Shown here piece by piece: positions 24,604 through 35,756 of a stretch of DNA of 64,000 bases (position 1 is its first letter; every line of letters begins with the position of its first letter). A program made the translations under genes and the position numbers. The stretch comes from Parasitella parasitica NRRL 2501 (Eukaryota > Fungi > Mucoromycota), in assembly GCA_025201805.1 (NCBI GenBank), contig MU619363.1, positions 28,366 to 92,365 on the forward strand. The letters run 5' to 3'. Below the pieces are notes generated by a model that worked only from the letters and a program-made list of their open reading frames with translations, was not told where the DNA came from and did not search any database.

Positions 24604-25672
24604 TGCAGTATACCTGGTTGGTTATTTTGAAAAAAAAAGAAAGAAAAAAGAAAAGAAAAAGAATAGAAAAAGAATAGAAAAAGAAAGAAAGAAAGAGTAA
24701 AGTTGAGATTGTATGCTTTATAAATAGGGGTTGGAGGAAAAAAAATAACCAGTGAAACCTAGTCTTAGGTTCAGGGCCAATGATCAAGACTCGGGAAATT
24801 TGGGAAGCATGTTCTTCTATATTTTCACCCTTTGAACCCTTTTTCCCAATAGTTTGAAGGGCGTGAGTTTCAATTTAGAGTATTGCACCAGACCCTGAAA
24901 AGACATTTGATTGGTTTCTTTCCGTATGTTATGTAATGCGGGAAAGAAAACCCTGACTGACATCTCCATGGAGACAGACCCTTTCCTTATATTGCCATGA
25001 ATATTAGGATACATCGTGAGAATCACACCATTTTTCCATTGACTGTAGGCCCCGAAAAAAAAATAAGGGTCCCCATTCACCTTTTTTTTTTTATTTTTTT
25101 TTTTAAAAAATAAAAAAATAAAAATCTGCAAGATGGCAACCTGTGATAAAAGCATGTCATTTCTATCTTTGCTACACAACATCAACCAACATCACCTAGA
25201 AAAAAAATGAGATATGAATGACCTGTCTTAAAAGAGAACAATTGCTAATTATCATGAATGATACTGGTCATCATTTCGATCATTTCATCATAAAAAGGAG
25301 GTGTCATTGATGAGCGTTTCTTCTTTCTCGGTAAACGTTTCTTTTTTCGTGAGAATATTTCGGTCAGCGTTCTTTTTCTTGTTATGTAAGCCTCATGATC
25401 GACTTGTTTAGTTTCATCAAGATATATCGTCGCTTTTTTTTTTTTTTTGTTTTGCCAAAAAATTTTTAGTTGTACAAAAATAAAAAATTACATGTGTTTA
25501 CAATGTACAAAATAATATAGAGAGGTGGGGAGACGAATTAGGTTCTTCTTTTTTGTTTTTGGCTTCCTAGCAATTATAAGGATTCTAATTATCAAACTGA
25601 AATTTACAAGTAATATATGAAAAGTAGTATTGTGGGGGGGTGGAAAGTCAAAGTAACCATCCAATATCTGTT

Positions 25673-27672
25673 TTACAGTTTTTCGCTCTTTGAAACAGCG
25701 ATGGCACGGCCTTCTTTGAGAGGATCCATTCTGGAGTAGGTAATAATAGCAGCAATACCAAGTAATGCAGCGATAATGCAGCCAGCCATAGCACCCTTAC
25801 CCTTGGCAGTAAAAGCATCAGGAATCAAAGTAATGCCGCTAGGAGCGCCACTAAGGTCAAGACCAGATTTAGCAGCAGCATTTCCTTCGTAAGGCTTGCC
25901 GCCGGCAGTGCAGACATCCTTGAAGGCTTGAGGTAAAGTTAAACGTTGTTGAGCGACCTCAGGAGCTTCGATCATGACTGCAGCCAACCCAGATTCCAGA
26001 TGCCATTCAATGTGGCAATGGAAGAACCAAGCACCAGGATTATCAGCTCTGAAGCGGATTAATACAAACGTTTCAGCAGGAACAAGAATAGTATCACGAC
26101 GAGATGGGTTATCCAAGAACCATTCGACGTTACTAGTGTTGCCGTCATAGACACCTTCACCGCGACCGACCATTTGAAAGACATGCCCGTGAAGATGGAA
26201 AGGATGGTGACCGGCATCGAGGTTGTTTACAATGATTTCAACCATGTCCAGATGGTTCAAAACAAAAGCCATAGTTTGAGGGCCATATACTTCTTCGCTG
26301 AGAGAGTAGTTACCTTCGCTCAGCATGGTATTAAGAGAAGGAACCTTGGGAGAGAGATAAGGGATCTCATTGAACATGCCACGATTAATGCCGTCTGTTG
26401 TAACTTGGAAATCAAACGTCAAGTTGACTTGCTTGTCGAAAGGTGCAGCGCTTTGAATATCAACAGGAACAAGAGTCATGTCGTCAAATGTACTGCCCAT
26501 GCCAACATCCTCACTGGCTGCAAAGTTGGTAGATTGATTATTGTACCAAAGAGGAGCAGTGATGTTGAGAATAAGATCATCAGGGATAGTGTCGTACATG
26601 TCGGTATTCAAGTCAGCATGCATATAGTAGTTGGTGTCTGTGGTATTCTTGGCAGTAACAAGGACAGAAACACGCTGGGCGGCAGTCAAATACACGCTTT
26701 GCACGGGAGTACGTTGAGTATCAATGCCATCAATTTCGATAACTTGAAGCTCGTGACCATCGATGCTAAAGTAGAACATGGAGAAGCCAGACATGTTGAT
26801 GAGGCGAAGGCGGTAGGTTTTACCTGGAACAAAGCTAAGACTGTCGTTGACATTGTTGAACATAAAACCAGATTGAGGTACTGGCTCGGCGCCAGTAGGA
26901 TTCCATTCGCTCAAAAAGACTTTGAGACCTTCATTGCTAGAAGCGTGGTACCAATCTGTTGCAGTTTGATTATATTTTAACATCAAGATGTATTTTGCTT
27001 AAAAAGGGTCATTTTCTTGTACTACCTTGTAAGGGAATTGTAACATCATAGTCGTACTGATAGGTTTCATTCTTGGCATGAATAACAACGGGCGCACGAA
27101 GACCATCCATGTATTGACCCTAGAATTACATAATGAGAAGTGTGATTTTGAGACATTTACTAGTCCATTTTACCATGTAATGGGAGTGAATCCAGTAGGA
27201 GCCATGCTGTTGAAGTGTAAATTCATAAGTAAGCTTTTGACCGACAGGAATGGGACTATATGCGATCAATCAACGTCAATAAAAAGCATGTCAAATGGCA
27301 AGGAGATGTTTATACTACCATTGAGTGACACCAACTGGACCATCCATCCAGGCAGTACCGTTTTGGAACATGCCGTGAGTATGAAGGGCAGTAAACGTAT
27401 CCAATTGATTATCTACATTAATAACCAAAGTATCGCCCTCAGTAGCTTCAATGGATGGTGGGCTATGTATAAGATTTAGTGATCAAGGCGTGCATAGACA
27501 TATATAGAGCATAAACCTACGGCCATTTTCCATTGACACCTACGACTTGGCGCTCAAAAAGATTGTCAGGATTTGCAGTGGTATATGTAATATTCCAGTC
27601 GTAGACGACACGAGCAGCTTGAGCAAGCCCTGTGAAGCCTGCAGCAAATACACATGTAGCCAACAGACGCAT
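25673..27672 (-). CDS. FET3: Multicopper ferroxidase (Fet3-like) with signal peptide and C-terminal TM helix
   Basis: Cu motifs [30 protein letters not shown]; divergent from FTR1. Confidence 0.93.
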
Positions 27673-28190
27673 TTTTATAAGGCAAAGAAAGAGAGAGAGA
27701 GAGAAATGTAGATTGGAAAGAAAGACGAAAAAAAAAAGAGGAGAGACAATTTATTATTTAACTTTAGATCAAAGATTACAAGTGTAAGGTGGGTCCCCAT
27801 GAATTTTTATTTATCTGATTTTGGGTCTTTTTTTTTTTGTTTTATTTTTTTATTCGTCTCCTATCAGATAATCAAGATCTTCTTGTGCCTGTGTAATTCG
27901 TGCGACAAAGTACCCGGAGAGACACGGGAGTTGGCTGTACAAATGTTGTCTTACCATGTTTCATCTGATAACCAAGTAAAAGCTTCATTTTTTCANNNNN
28001 NNNNNNNNNNNNNNNNNNNNNNNNNNNNNNNNNNNNNNNNNNNNNNNNNNGGGGGGGTTAGAGTAGTAGGAGAGTTACCGATCTATAGTTTTACAACTCC
28101 ATTAAATCTTCTTAAAAAGGATTAATTTTTGCCTCTGCTCGATATCTGATCTTCTTCTTTTTGCTTTCATCTAATTTTTCGCGCTCAAAG
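27673..28190. promoter_or_regulatory. Bidirectional FET3/FTR1 promoter with iron-responsive GATA sites (ATCWGATAA)
   Basis: Perfect matches at 27811-27819 (-), 27863-27871 (+), 27963-27971 (+); near match ~28142; contains N-gap 27996-28050. Confidence 0.8.
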
Positions 28191-29356
28191 ATGTCGCAAG
28201 ATCTCTTCAACGTACCGATTTTCTTCATTTTGTTTCGTGAGACAACTGAGGCAGCCATCATCGTTTCGGTGCTGTTGTCTTTTTTGAAAAAGATGTTCAA
28301 TCCTGAATCGCCTACTTACAAGCGTCTCCGCAATCAAGTCTGGATTGGCTCTGCTGTTGGCCTATTCATTTGCATATGTATCGGTGCTGCCTTCATTGCC
28401 GTTTATTACACTGTTCTCAATGATCTTTGGGGTAACTCTGAGGACATTTGGGAGGGTGTCTTTTCTCTTGTTGCTGTCATTATGATTACTCTTATGGGCC
28501 TTGCTATGCTCAAAACCGAGCGCATGCAAGAGAAATGGAAAGTCAAGCTGGCTCTCGCTGTGCAAAAATCCACAAAAGAGAAATCGTCTTTCAAGGAAAA
28601 GCTTCAAAAGTATGCCTTCTTCTTTTTGCCCATGATTACCGTTCTCAGAGAAGGCCTTGAGGCCGTTGTCTTTATCGGCGGTGTAAGTAAATTTATTACA
28701 TTTTGACATGTAAATGCTCATCTGATGATTAGGTTTCTTTGGGTATTTCTGGGAAATCTATTCCCATTGCTGCTATCATGGGCATCATTTGCGGTGCTTT
28801 AGTCGGCTATCTCATCTATCGCGGTGGTTCGTTGATCCAACTTCGCTGGTTCTTTATTTTCTCTACCATCATTCTTTATCTCGTTGCTGCTGGATTGATG
28901 GCTAAGGCTGTCGGATATTTGGAACAAAATGCATGGAACGTTGTCATCGGTGGTGAAGGTGGCGATACCATTTCCTACAGAGTTACTACCGCTGTCTGGC
29001 ATGTTTCTTGGGGAGACCCAGAACTAAATGTTGACAGCAACGGTGGCTGGCAAATTTTTAACGCCATTCTTGGCTGGAATAACACTGCTACTTATGGCAC
29101 CATTATCAGCTACTGTCTCTACTGGTTGTTTGTTGTCTTTTATCTTGCTTACTCTTTCTTCAAGGAGAGGCGCAATGCTATTCGCAAAGCCGAAGCTGGT
29201 GAATGGGATGATGGAGACGCCGCTTTGGAAGAGGCCAAGCAATACATTGACGAAACTGGTGAGATTCGTGCTACTCATGTTGAAGGGGACAAAGAGGCCG
29301 AAAATTATCCTTCTGAGGCCATTGAAGTTGCCACTTCTGGCGCTCCCAAAGCCTAA
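28191..29356 (+). CDS. FTR1: High-affinity iron permease (2 exons)
   Basis: MSQDLFNVPIFFILFRETTEA; RExxE motifs RETTE and REGLE; IFNAILGWNN. Confidence 0.97.
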
Positions 29357-29863
29357 ACGCAACTACACTCATATCATTCCAAAAACTTAACTCTATAGAA
29401 TTTAAATTCGCTTTCATTTCACGTATTATCATTGTTTTGCGCAAGAAAACATCGCAATTCATGAGCAGCTTTATAATTTTTCCCCACTCCATCCTGTAAT
29501 GTTATTAATAGTATCACTCTGGTTAGGCTAATGCCCATTAAACCAATTTTTATCTTGCTTTATTGTAATGTCTTTTGGCTCCGTCTAGTCTTTATATATG
29601 CCTTTTTTTTTTTTGTAATAAATGTATTTTTATATACTTGATTTACTTGTGATGCATATGTTGTGCTTGCATCTAACAATCACAAGATAACCTAAAAGTT
29701 TTTTTTTTCTCACAAATAAAGGTAATATTGTTGTTATACTGTAGTACTTTTTAGATATATACGATCATCGTTGAATGTTGCTTATCAGTTGTTATATATG
29801 TGTAAACCTACAAAAATCAAATAACTTTGGTCGTCGTACATTTGCAGCCATGTTAGTTTAAAA

Positions 29864-30979
29864 ATCAGATAACTCATTGTAAATATTTTACCCATTTTTG
29901 ATATACAACTTGCTTCGCTTCTTCAAGAAAAAAAGACTGGGTTAAAGTATTTCAGTTTAATTTCATCTCTAAATCATGTCCACTCGGATCTTTTTGATTG
30001 TGTCAGGAGATGGGATGGGTTTTTGGTACTTTTTCTTATCAGATGATCTTATATTCGTTGATGCCTGGTATTGAATAAAGCCCAATGCCCAGAAAATTCA
30101 AGCAGTTTCATACCAGACAACTTGTATTTATTTTATCCCTTCATATTACGGCTTAAAATTCTAAAAGCTACTGTTTTCAAGAGATAAAATGCAAATAATC
30201 TGTATCTGATAATTTTATCTGTCATTTTTTACTTAGCCTATGAGAAATTTACTTCCTTTTTAGATTCTTTGTTTGTACTCCATTGACTTAATTCACCTCT
30301 TTTGCAACTTTTTTTTTGTGGAACCAAATAATGAAACCAATAGTCTAACCTTGGGCAAATAGTGTGCAACAAACTCGAAAATTTAATGAACTGATTTTTG
30401 AAAGTAGCATCAACGCTCCCGGGCCCGAGTAGATCTTTTATATGCCACTCAACAGCTGTTTGTATATATGTTGATATCAGATGGTAATGTTTAATGCATT
30501 GCATCAACTGTTTACTCGTATGTCTATAAAAAAATTGAATGCAATTCAGCAATATCAGATAAATGGCGAGGATTCAAGACACTCAAACCCCACTAAATCT
30601 TTAAGCTCTCATTACCCACCTTGTTTGAAAAGAGAGAGACCCATTCGGGTCGGTAGCAAATAAAAAAATGGTAATCGTAAATCATTGTTGTAAAGATACA
30701 AATTGCCTACTGCAGACAGTATTGAACAGAAGTATGGTTTGCTTTTAGTCAACAACAAGTGGTTGTTTGCCGATTCTCCGGACATGTTTAATTGCAATGA
30801 ATCATCATGGCCTCAATAGTAAATCAAATTGATATTCTGGCTTTGGTTCACCGCTAATTCCTATCAACGCATGCCCTACCTCGGTTGATCTTCTATTTTT
30901 AGCGGAGATGATTGATAGAACAATTCTTTGATCCGATACCATAAATGGTTACCTTTATAGCAACAGTTCGTTATCAGAT
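29864..30979. promoter_or_regulatory. Cluster of five ATCWGATAA motifs downstream of FTR1
   Basis: 29864-72 (+), 30036-44 (-), 30204-12 (+), 30554-62 (+), 30971-79 (-). Confidence 0.6.
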
Positions 30980-31334
30980 TTTAATTTTATCAAGACCACC
31001 CGGGAGATTAAAGTAAAACTTTTTTTTTTGTACAAAATGATCTGTGATTATTTAATTTTTTGTACATCGTTTTCCCCGCTTCCTATAATTTGATGCAGGT
31101 CATTGACATCCCGATTATATGCTGCGCTTGCTGTACAAGCCCAAAGTCCAATCCCAAATATTAGTTTTCCCGGGTGATTTTATTGAATTATACATTTATG
31201 GTATATTTATAAATCCAGTTACATGTTTCGAGTGTTTTGTTTTGTACATGATATTCCAGAGAGGTGTGTTGAGCTGTTTGTTTTGTTTTCGTATAAACTC
31301 AACCAAGACGCGCATCAGCAGAAATTATAGACAG

Positions 31335-31386
<52 letters not shown>

Positions 31387-31479
31387 AATTAAAGTGGGTA
31401 CAACATCAATGAAGCAAAACAGATAGCCGGAAAAAAAATAGAATTCAAACTCTCTGATGATGGCTGGCATAGGCAAACC

Positions 31480-33420
31480 TTAAAGTGTGATCCCTTCAAA
31501 CCGCATATTGTGGACAGACCTACACCGAACTGAAAAGTAGCCAAACGGAATGTCTCGTTGCCACTTATTCTTGTCCTCATACTTGATCCTAGACCCAACA
31601 AATGATATTTGCTCCCACAATTGTCTTGTAACGTCCAAGTTCTTAATCTTTTCGACATCGACTTGATCAAGACGTTGAATCCTCGGCTGCAATCTATTGA
31701 TACTCCCGTTTAAACTGTTTTTATCGCCGCTTTTGCTGTGGGATTGATACAAATGATACCACCGCTCCGGGTATTTTCTTTCAATTACTTGTTGGCTCCT
31801 TATCTGTCTCTTCATTTGTTGCTGCGTCTTTTGAGTTTCTTCTAGAGAAAATATAGTTGAGCAATGATTGCACTGGAAGCCAGAGTCTTCTATACGAAGT
31901 CCAAGTTGTAGCTTTTCAATGCTGATTAATTTGAAAACGTGATGAGGCATATTTATCTTTACTTGAATGTTGTTATCGTAAGGCTTGATTATATGAGATA
32001 CATCTAAAACATCAAGAAATGGACATCTAGTTGCTAGGTACTCGAATAGTCTGTTGTTCACCATAGTATGTTTGAGTATTACTGCTTTTAAACGATGGAT
32101 TTGAGTACTATCACTAGAATAACCTCGCACAAAGAGATTGTACGTATTTGAGAGCTCCAGACGCTCCAAGTGTTTGCAACGATCCAGTATAATGTCGATA
32201 TCAAACTCTGTCAAGGTTCCTGGTTGAGGTGATAGGGATAGATTTTTCAATTGTGTGCATTGGCTTAGTGGCTCCAAAACATCGAATTCGTAATCCCAGC
32301 TTCGATCCCAATTACTGATATTGATTTCAGTCATTGCATTAATTGAATTGCTTACAAGTAATTTGAAATTTTGCGCACTTCGCCGATGATAATCAAAATT
32401 GAAAAAGTGTATCGATGCCTGTTCTAGTCGAGTGCGAGTGCTATTGATACCGTCTAAAAACACATCACACGGGAAATACTTTTCATCAAATTTAGCCGTC
32501 AGTCGCTTTAGACGTCGAAAGCTTGTTGCCATGACTGCAAAGGAACCTTTCATGCGAGCATTTTCTGGCTGGATTGCTTCATAGTAATATTCTGGCTCTA
32601 ATAAACTTAACTGGATGTCAAGGGTTTGAATCGAGGGATATTTATGTGCCCAGTAATGAAGGAATTCTTCGCTATTGATAGATATGTTGAGCCGAAGATC
32701 CTTCAGAAGAGATGCTATGGGCAAGGTCTCGATGTCCACCAAATATCCATTGTTGGTCATCAAATGTGAATTGAAAAAATCAAGATGGAGTGTCTCTAGT
32801 TTCGAGCAGAATGCATGAATTGATTCAAATTCAGAGATGGAGATATTTTGAGAAACCAAGATGCCGTTAGATAGCTTCAATGAGATAAGATTGGGTGTAT
32901 ACTTGAGCATAGATATGATTGTTGTGTGGGAGCCTGCCAATTCATCCACCATCAGGCTGCTCATCTCCAGATGTGTGATACTTGAGCCTGAATAGCGCAA
33001 TATTGGGAGTGCCAACTTCAGCCTATTCATGCAGGGATACTGTGCTAAATATTTCCAATGTTTTGCGTTGTTGGTATGTGTGAAATAGCGCCACAGTGCA
33101 GGGTTGAATTCAAATCGCTCGAGAAAAGGACAATAGATAGGCAGAATATGGAATTCTTTGTTGGTAATGCCTACATTTGGACCCAAGACTAGATGTCGGA
33201 CAAGTAAACCTAAAGGCTGACTAGAATGCTTTGTTTGTACCAGTTTACAGAGGAATTCTTTGAGCTGACATCGACTGGAGAAAGCTAGGCTTTGCAACAC
33301 AATAGGTTGAAAACGTTGTAACCAAGGATGACACACATGCATGCTTTCTTTTCGGTCTTGACTCGAAAGCTGGCTCGTTACTTTGTTGAATATTTCATTA
33401 GGTAAACTTGATAACGACAT
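31480..33420 (-). CDS. F-box + LRR-like protein, single exon, ~646 aa
   Basis: MSLSSLPNEIFNKVTSQLSSQDRKESMHVCHPW F-box; CPFLERF, CSKLETLHL, CKHLERLEL LRR-like units. Confidence 0.8.
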   Translation of the reverse strand: MSLSSLPNEIFNKVTSQLSSQDRKESMHVCHPWLQRFQPIVLQSLAFSSRCQLKEFLCKLVQTKHSSQPLGLLVRHLVLGPNVGITNKEFHILPIYCPFLERFEFNPALWRYFTHTNNAKHWKYLAQYPCMNRLKLALPILRYSGSSITHLEMSSLMVDELAGSHTTIISMLKYTPNLISLKLSNGILVSQNISISEFESIHAFCSKLETLHLDFFNSHLMTNNGYLVDIETLPIASLLKDLRLNISINSEEFLHYWAHKYPSIQTLDIQLSLLEPEYYYEAIQPENARMKGSFAVMATSFRRLKRLTAKFDEKYFPCDVFLDGINSTRTRLEQASIHFFNFDYHRRSAQNFKLLVSNSINAMTEINISNWDRSWDYEFDVLEPLSQCTQLKNLSLSPQPGTLTEFDIDIILDRCKHLERLELSNTYNLFVRGYSSDSTQIHRLKAVILKHTMVNNRLFEYLATRCPFLDVLDVSHIIKPYDNNIQVKINMPHHVFKLISIEKLQLGLRIEDSGFQCNHCSTIFSLEETQKTQQQMKRQIRSQQVIERKYPERWYHLYQSHSKSGDKNSLNGSINRLQPRIQRLDQVDVEKIKNLDVTRQLWEQISFVGSRIKYEDKNKWQRDIPFGYFSVRCRSVHNMRFEGITL

Positions 33421-33660
33421 TATTAGTACGGAAAAAGTATTTTTATGCAAAGTACCTCTGCTTCTCTTTTTTTTTTTTTTTTTCCCTTATGGCGAGTTTG
33501 AGGGTGAAACATAGACACTATACGTACTTTGCGTTGTGTGAGACATAATTGACTTTTTATTTATTTTTTTTATTTTTCAAGGCAGAGGCTGAACATTCAT
33601 CATTTGTGCATAATGTCAAAAATGAATAAGAGCGAAAAGAGCTTTGTTTATTTTTAATAA

Positions 33661-35089
33661 TTACAAGTATTCAGACAATTTGACTCTGACATTTTTACCT
33701 CTAACAGCGTTTTGTATCATATCAATGAGGGGCTCGTCTTTGAAAAACATACTTCTGTTGACTTTATCCATTAGATCAGGATACAAAAATATGTTGCAGG
33801 TGCGTGTATCGTTTTGTGGGCGTCTTTCAGCAAAGACACACTGTAAAAACTCTTTAATCGGCCCCACTAGATGCCAAATATCCGCTTGTTCGTTCAAATA
33901 CTTCAAAAAAAACTTTGAGAATATAACATCTACGTTACGGATTGATTTCGAAATACAACTGCCAGCCATAAATAGGCCAGGTCCGATAGCAAAATCAACA
34001 AGCTTCACAGTGATTAGATTAGGCAATGCCTCAAAGCACTCGGCAATAGCAGATTCTGCGTCAGCACGAGTAGGTTGAAATGTTGAACTTCCACTAGCAC
34101 ATTTTCTTAGTTTACCCAACTGATCCCAACCATGCAATCCAAGGTATTTTAAATTGGGGCTGGATTCTGCTAAAGAACGAAAGTTTCGCCACATGGCCGG
34201 AGTCCACGCATAGCAAAATCCAAAATCCAAATATTCCAAATCCTTTACACTCATAATATATTCGTATTTCTTCAATAACTTTCGCTCAATGTCGTTCCAA
34301 ACTAGTAGCAGACTGGACTTTTGCTGCTCCACTTGCTGTACGTGTTCTTGCGAAAATACTTCATCCATGTTATTCTCCACTATTTGCATTTTCTCTAAAA
34401 CGTTATGCTGCTCCATATCTTCATCATCGCGGATACTCGTTAATACAAATGACCTGATGTCGTTTAATACGGGTGCTGTCACTTTGGGTACATTATGGGT
34501 GGAAGAAAATCCCGAATGGCCATCTTCATTAAAGTGAAAGCAAATTTTGTTCAATCGAGGATAGACAGAGAATATATCTGTACTGAACTGCCTTGTGTCG
34601 CACCAAGTCTCGATATTACTACATTTTATCGACTCTATATCAGGCGATATTAGCTTGAGTTCTTGGGATAAATGTACAATTTCCGCTAAACAAAGGTTTG
34701 ATGTTTCCAAGTGTGTAACATGAGTAAGCGCTGTAAGAGGCAATGATTTCGGATGGCTGTGTCGTGTTTCTATGGGTTTCGATATATAGAGGTACTTTAC
34801 TGATGCCAAGTGTCTTTTGTTGTATTCAGATGACAAGAAGTCCATATAGGCCTTGTGCTTATTAGGAAGGCTGATTTGTAGAATACGCCACTATATATAT
34901 TCATATATGCTAATTTAGACATGATGTAGAAAATCCATGTGTGGAATTTACCACCGACGACCTCTGAGCGATATAGTACCACCGACGACAAACCTTTGAA
35001 ATTGCTAATAATGTCCAGGGATTTCCTTCGCAATGGGTAAATACGAGCTCCAAGCAATCGTCTCCTAGCTTGTTTATATGTGAGGTCAT
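33661..35089 (-). CDS. F-box + LRR-like protein (2 exons)
   Basis: Exon 1 MTSHINKLGDDCLELVF...ISKVCRRWYYIA (F-box), spliced to WRILQISL...MDF; LRR-like PNLKYLGLHG, LPNLITVKL. Confidence 0.75.
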
Positions 35090-35756
35090 GAAATTAAAAT
35101 TTCACTTGAACGAATAAAAGAAAAAGAAGCGCGCGGGAAAGATGCGTTGAAAATATCTATTTCAATCAAGGAAAAAGGCCGATTTGATGCTGTCTAACAA
35201 CTTGTTTCATTCAAACCATTTTCTGATAACAGCCAATCTTGACAGAACCAGAGACTTACTCTACGATATACATTTCTAATTGACAGTTATCAAATACTTG
35301 CTATATACACATTTTTGCATTGATAAAGTTTAAACTGGTTAACCATTAGTGATGAAATATCTTTAAATGACATTAAACACTTGATTTATTATACAGTAGT
35401 AACTAGGGGCTCAGGAAACTATTTGTTGTGGTTTTAAACATTTGAATCGGTTGAAAAGCGCGTAAACTCTGCGAGAAAAAAAAAAAAAAAAAAAAGATAT
35501 TCATTTTATACAGTTCCTTGATACCAGTAATGTGTAGTGTGTTTGGTAATACAAATAAAAAAAAGCTATTCTGAAGGATGATTTAGTAAACGACTCTTTC
35601 CCTAAAAAGATGTAATGTGAGAGATGAAATATTTTTTTTTATTGATTGTGATATTATAGTTATGTATCAAGGCAAAATAATAGAGACATTTACATAATGG
35701 CGAAAAATAATTATTAAGAAGGGATAAGGAAGTAAAGTGAGTTCAAGATATTAATA

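Noticed and set aside
26174-26980. 268-aa + strand ORF
   Set aside because: Antisense to FET3; explained by codon bias, no recognisable motifs
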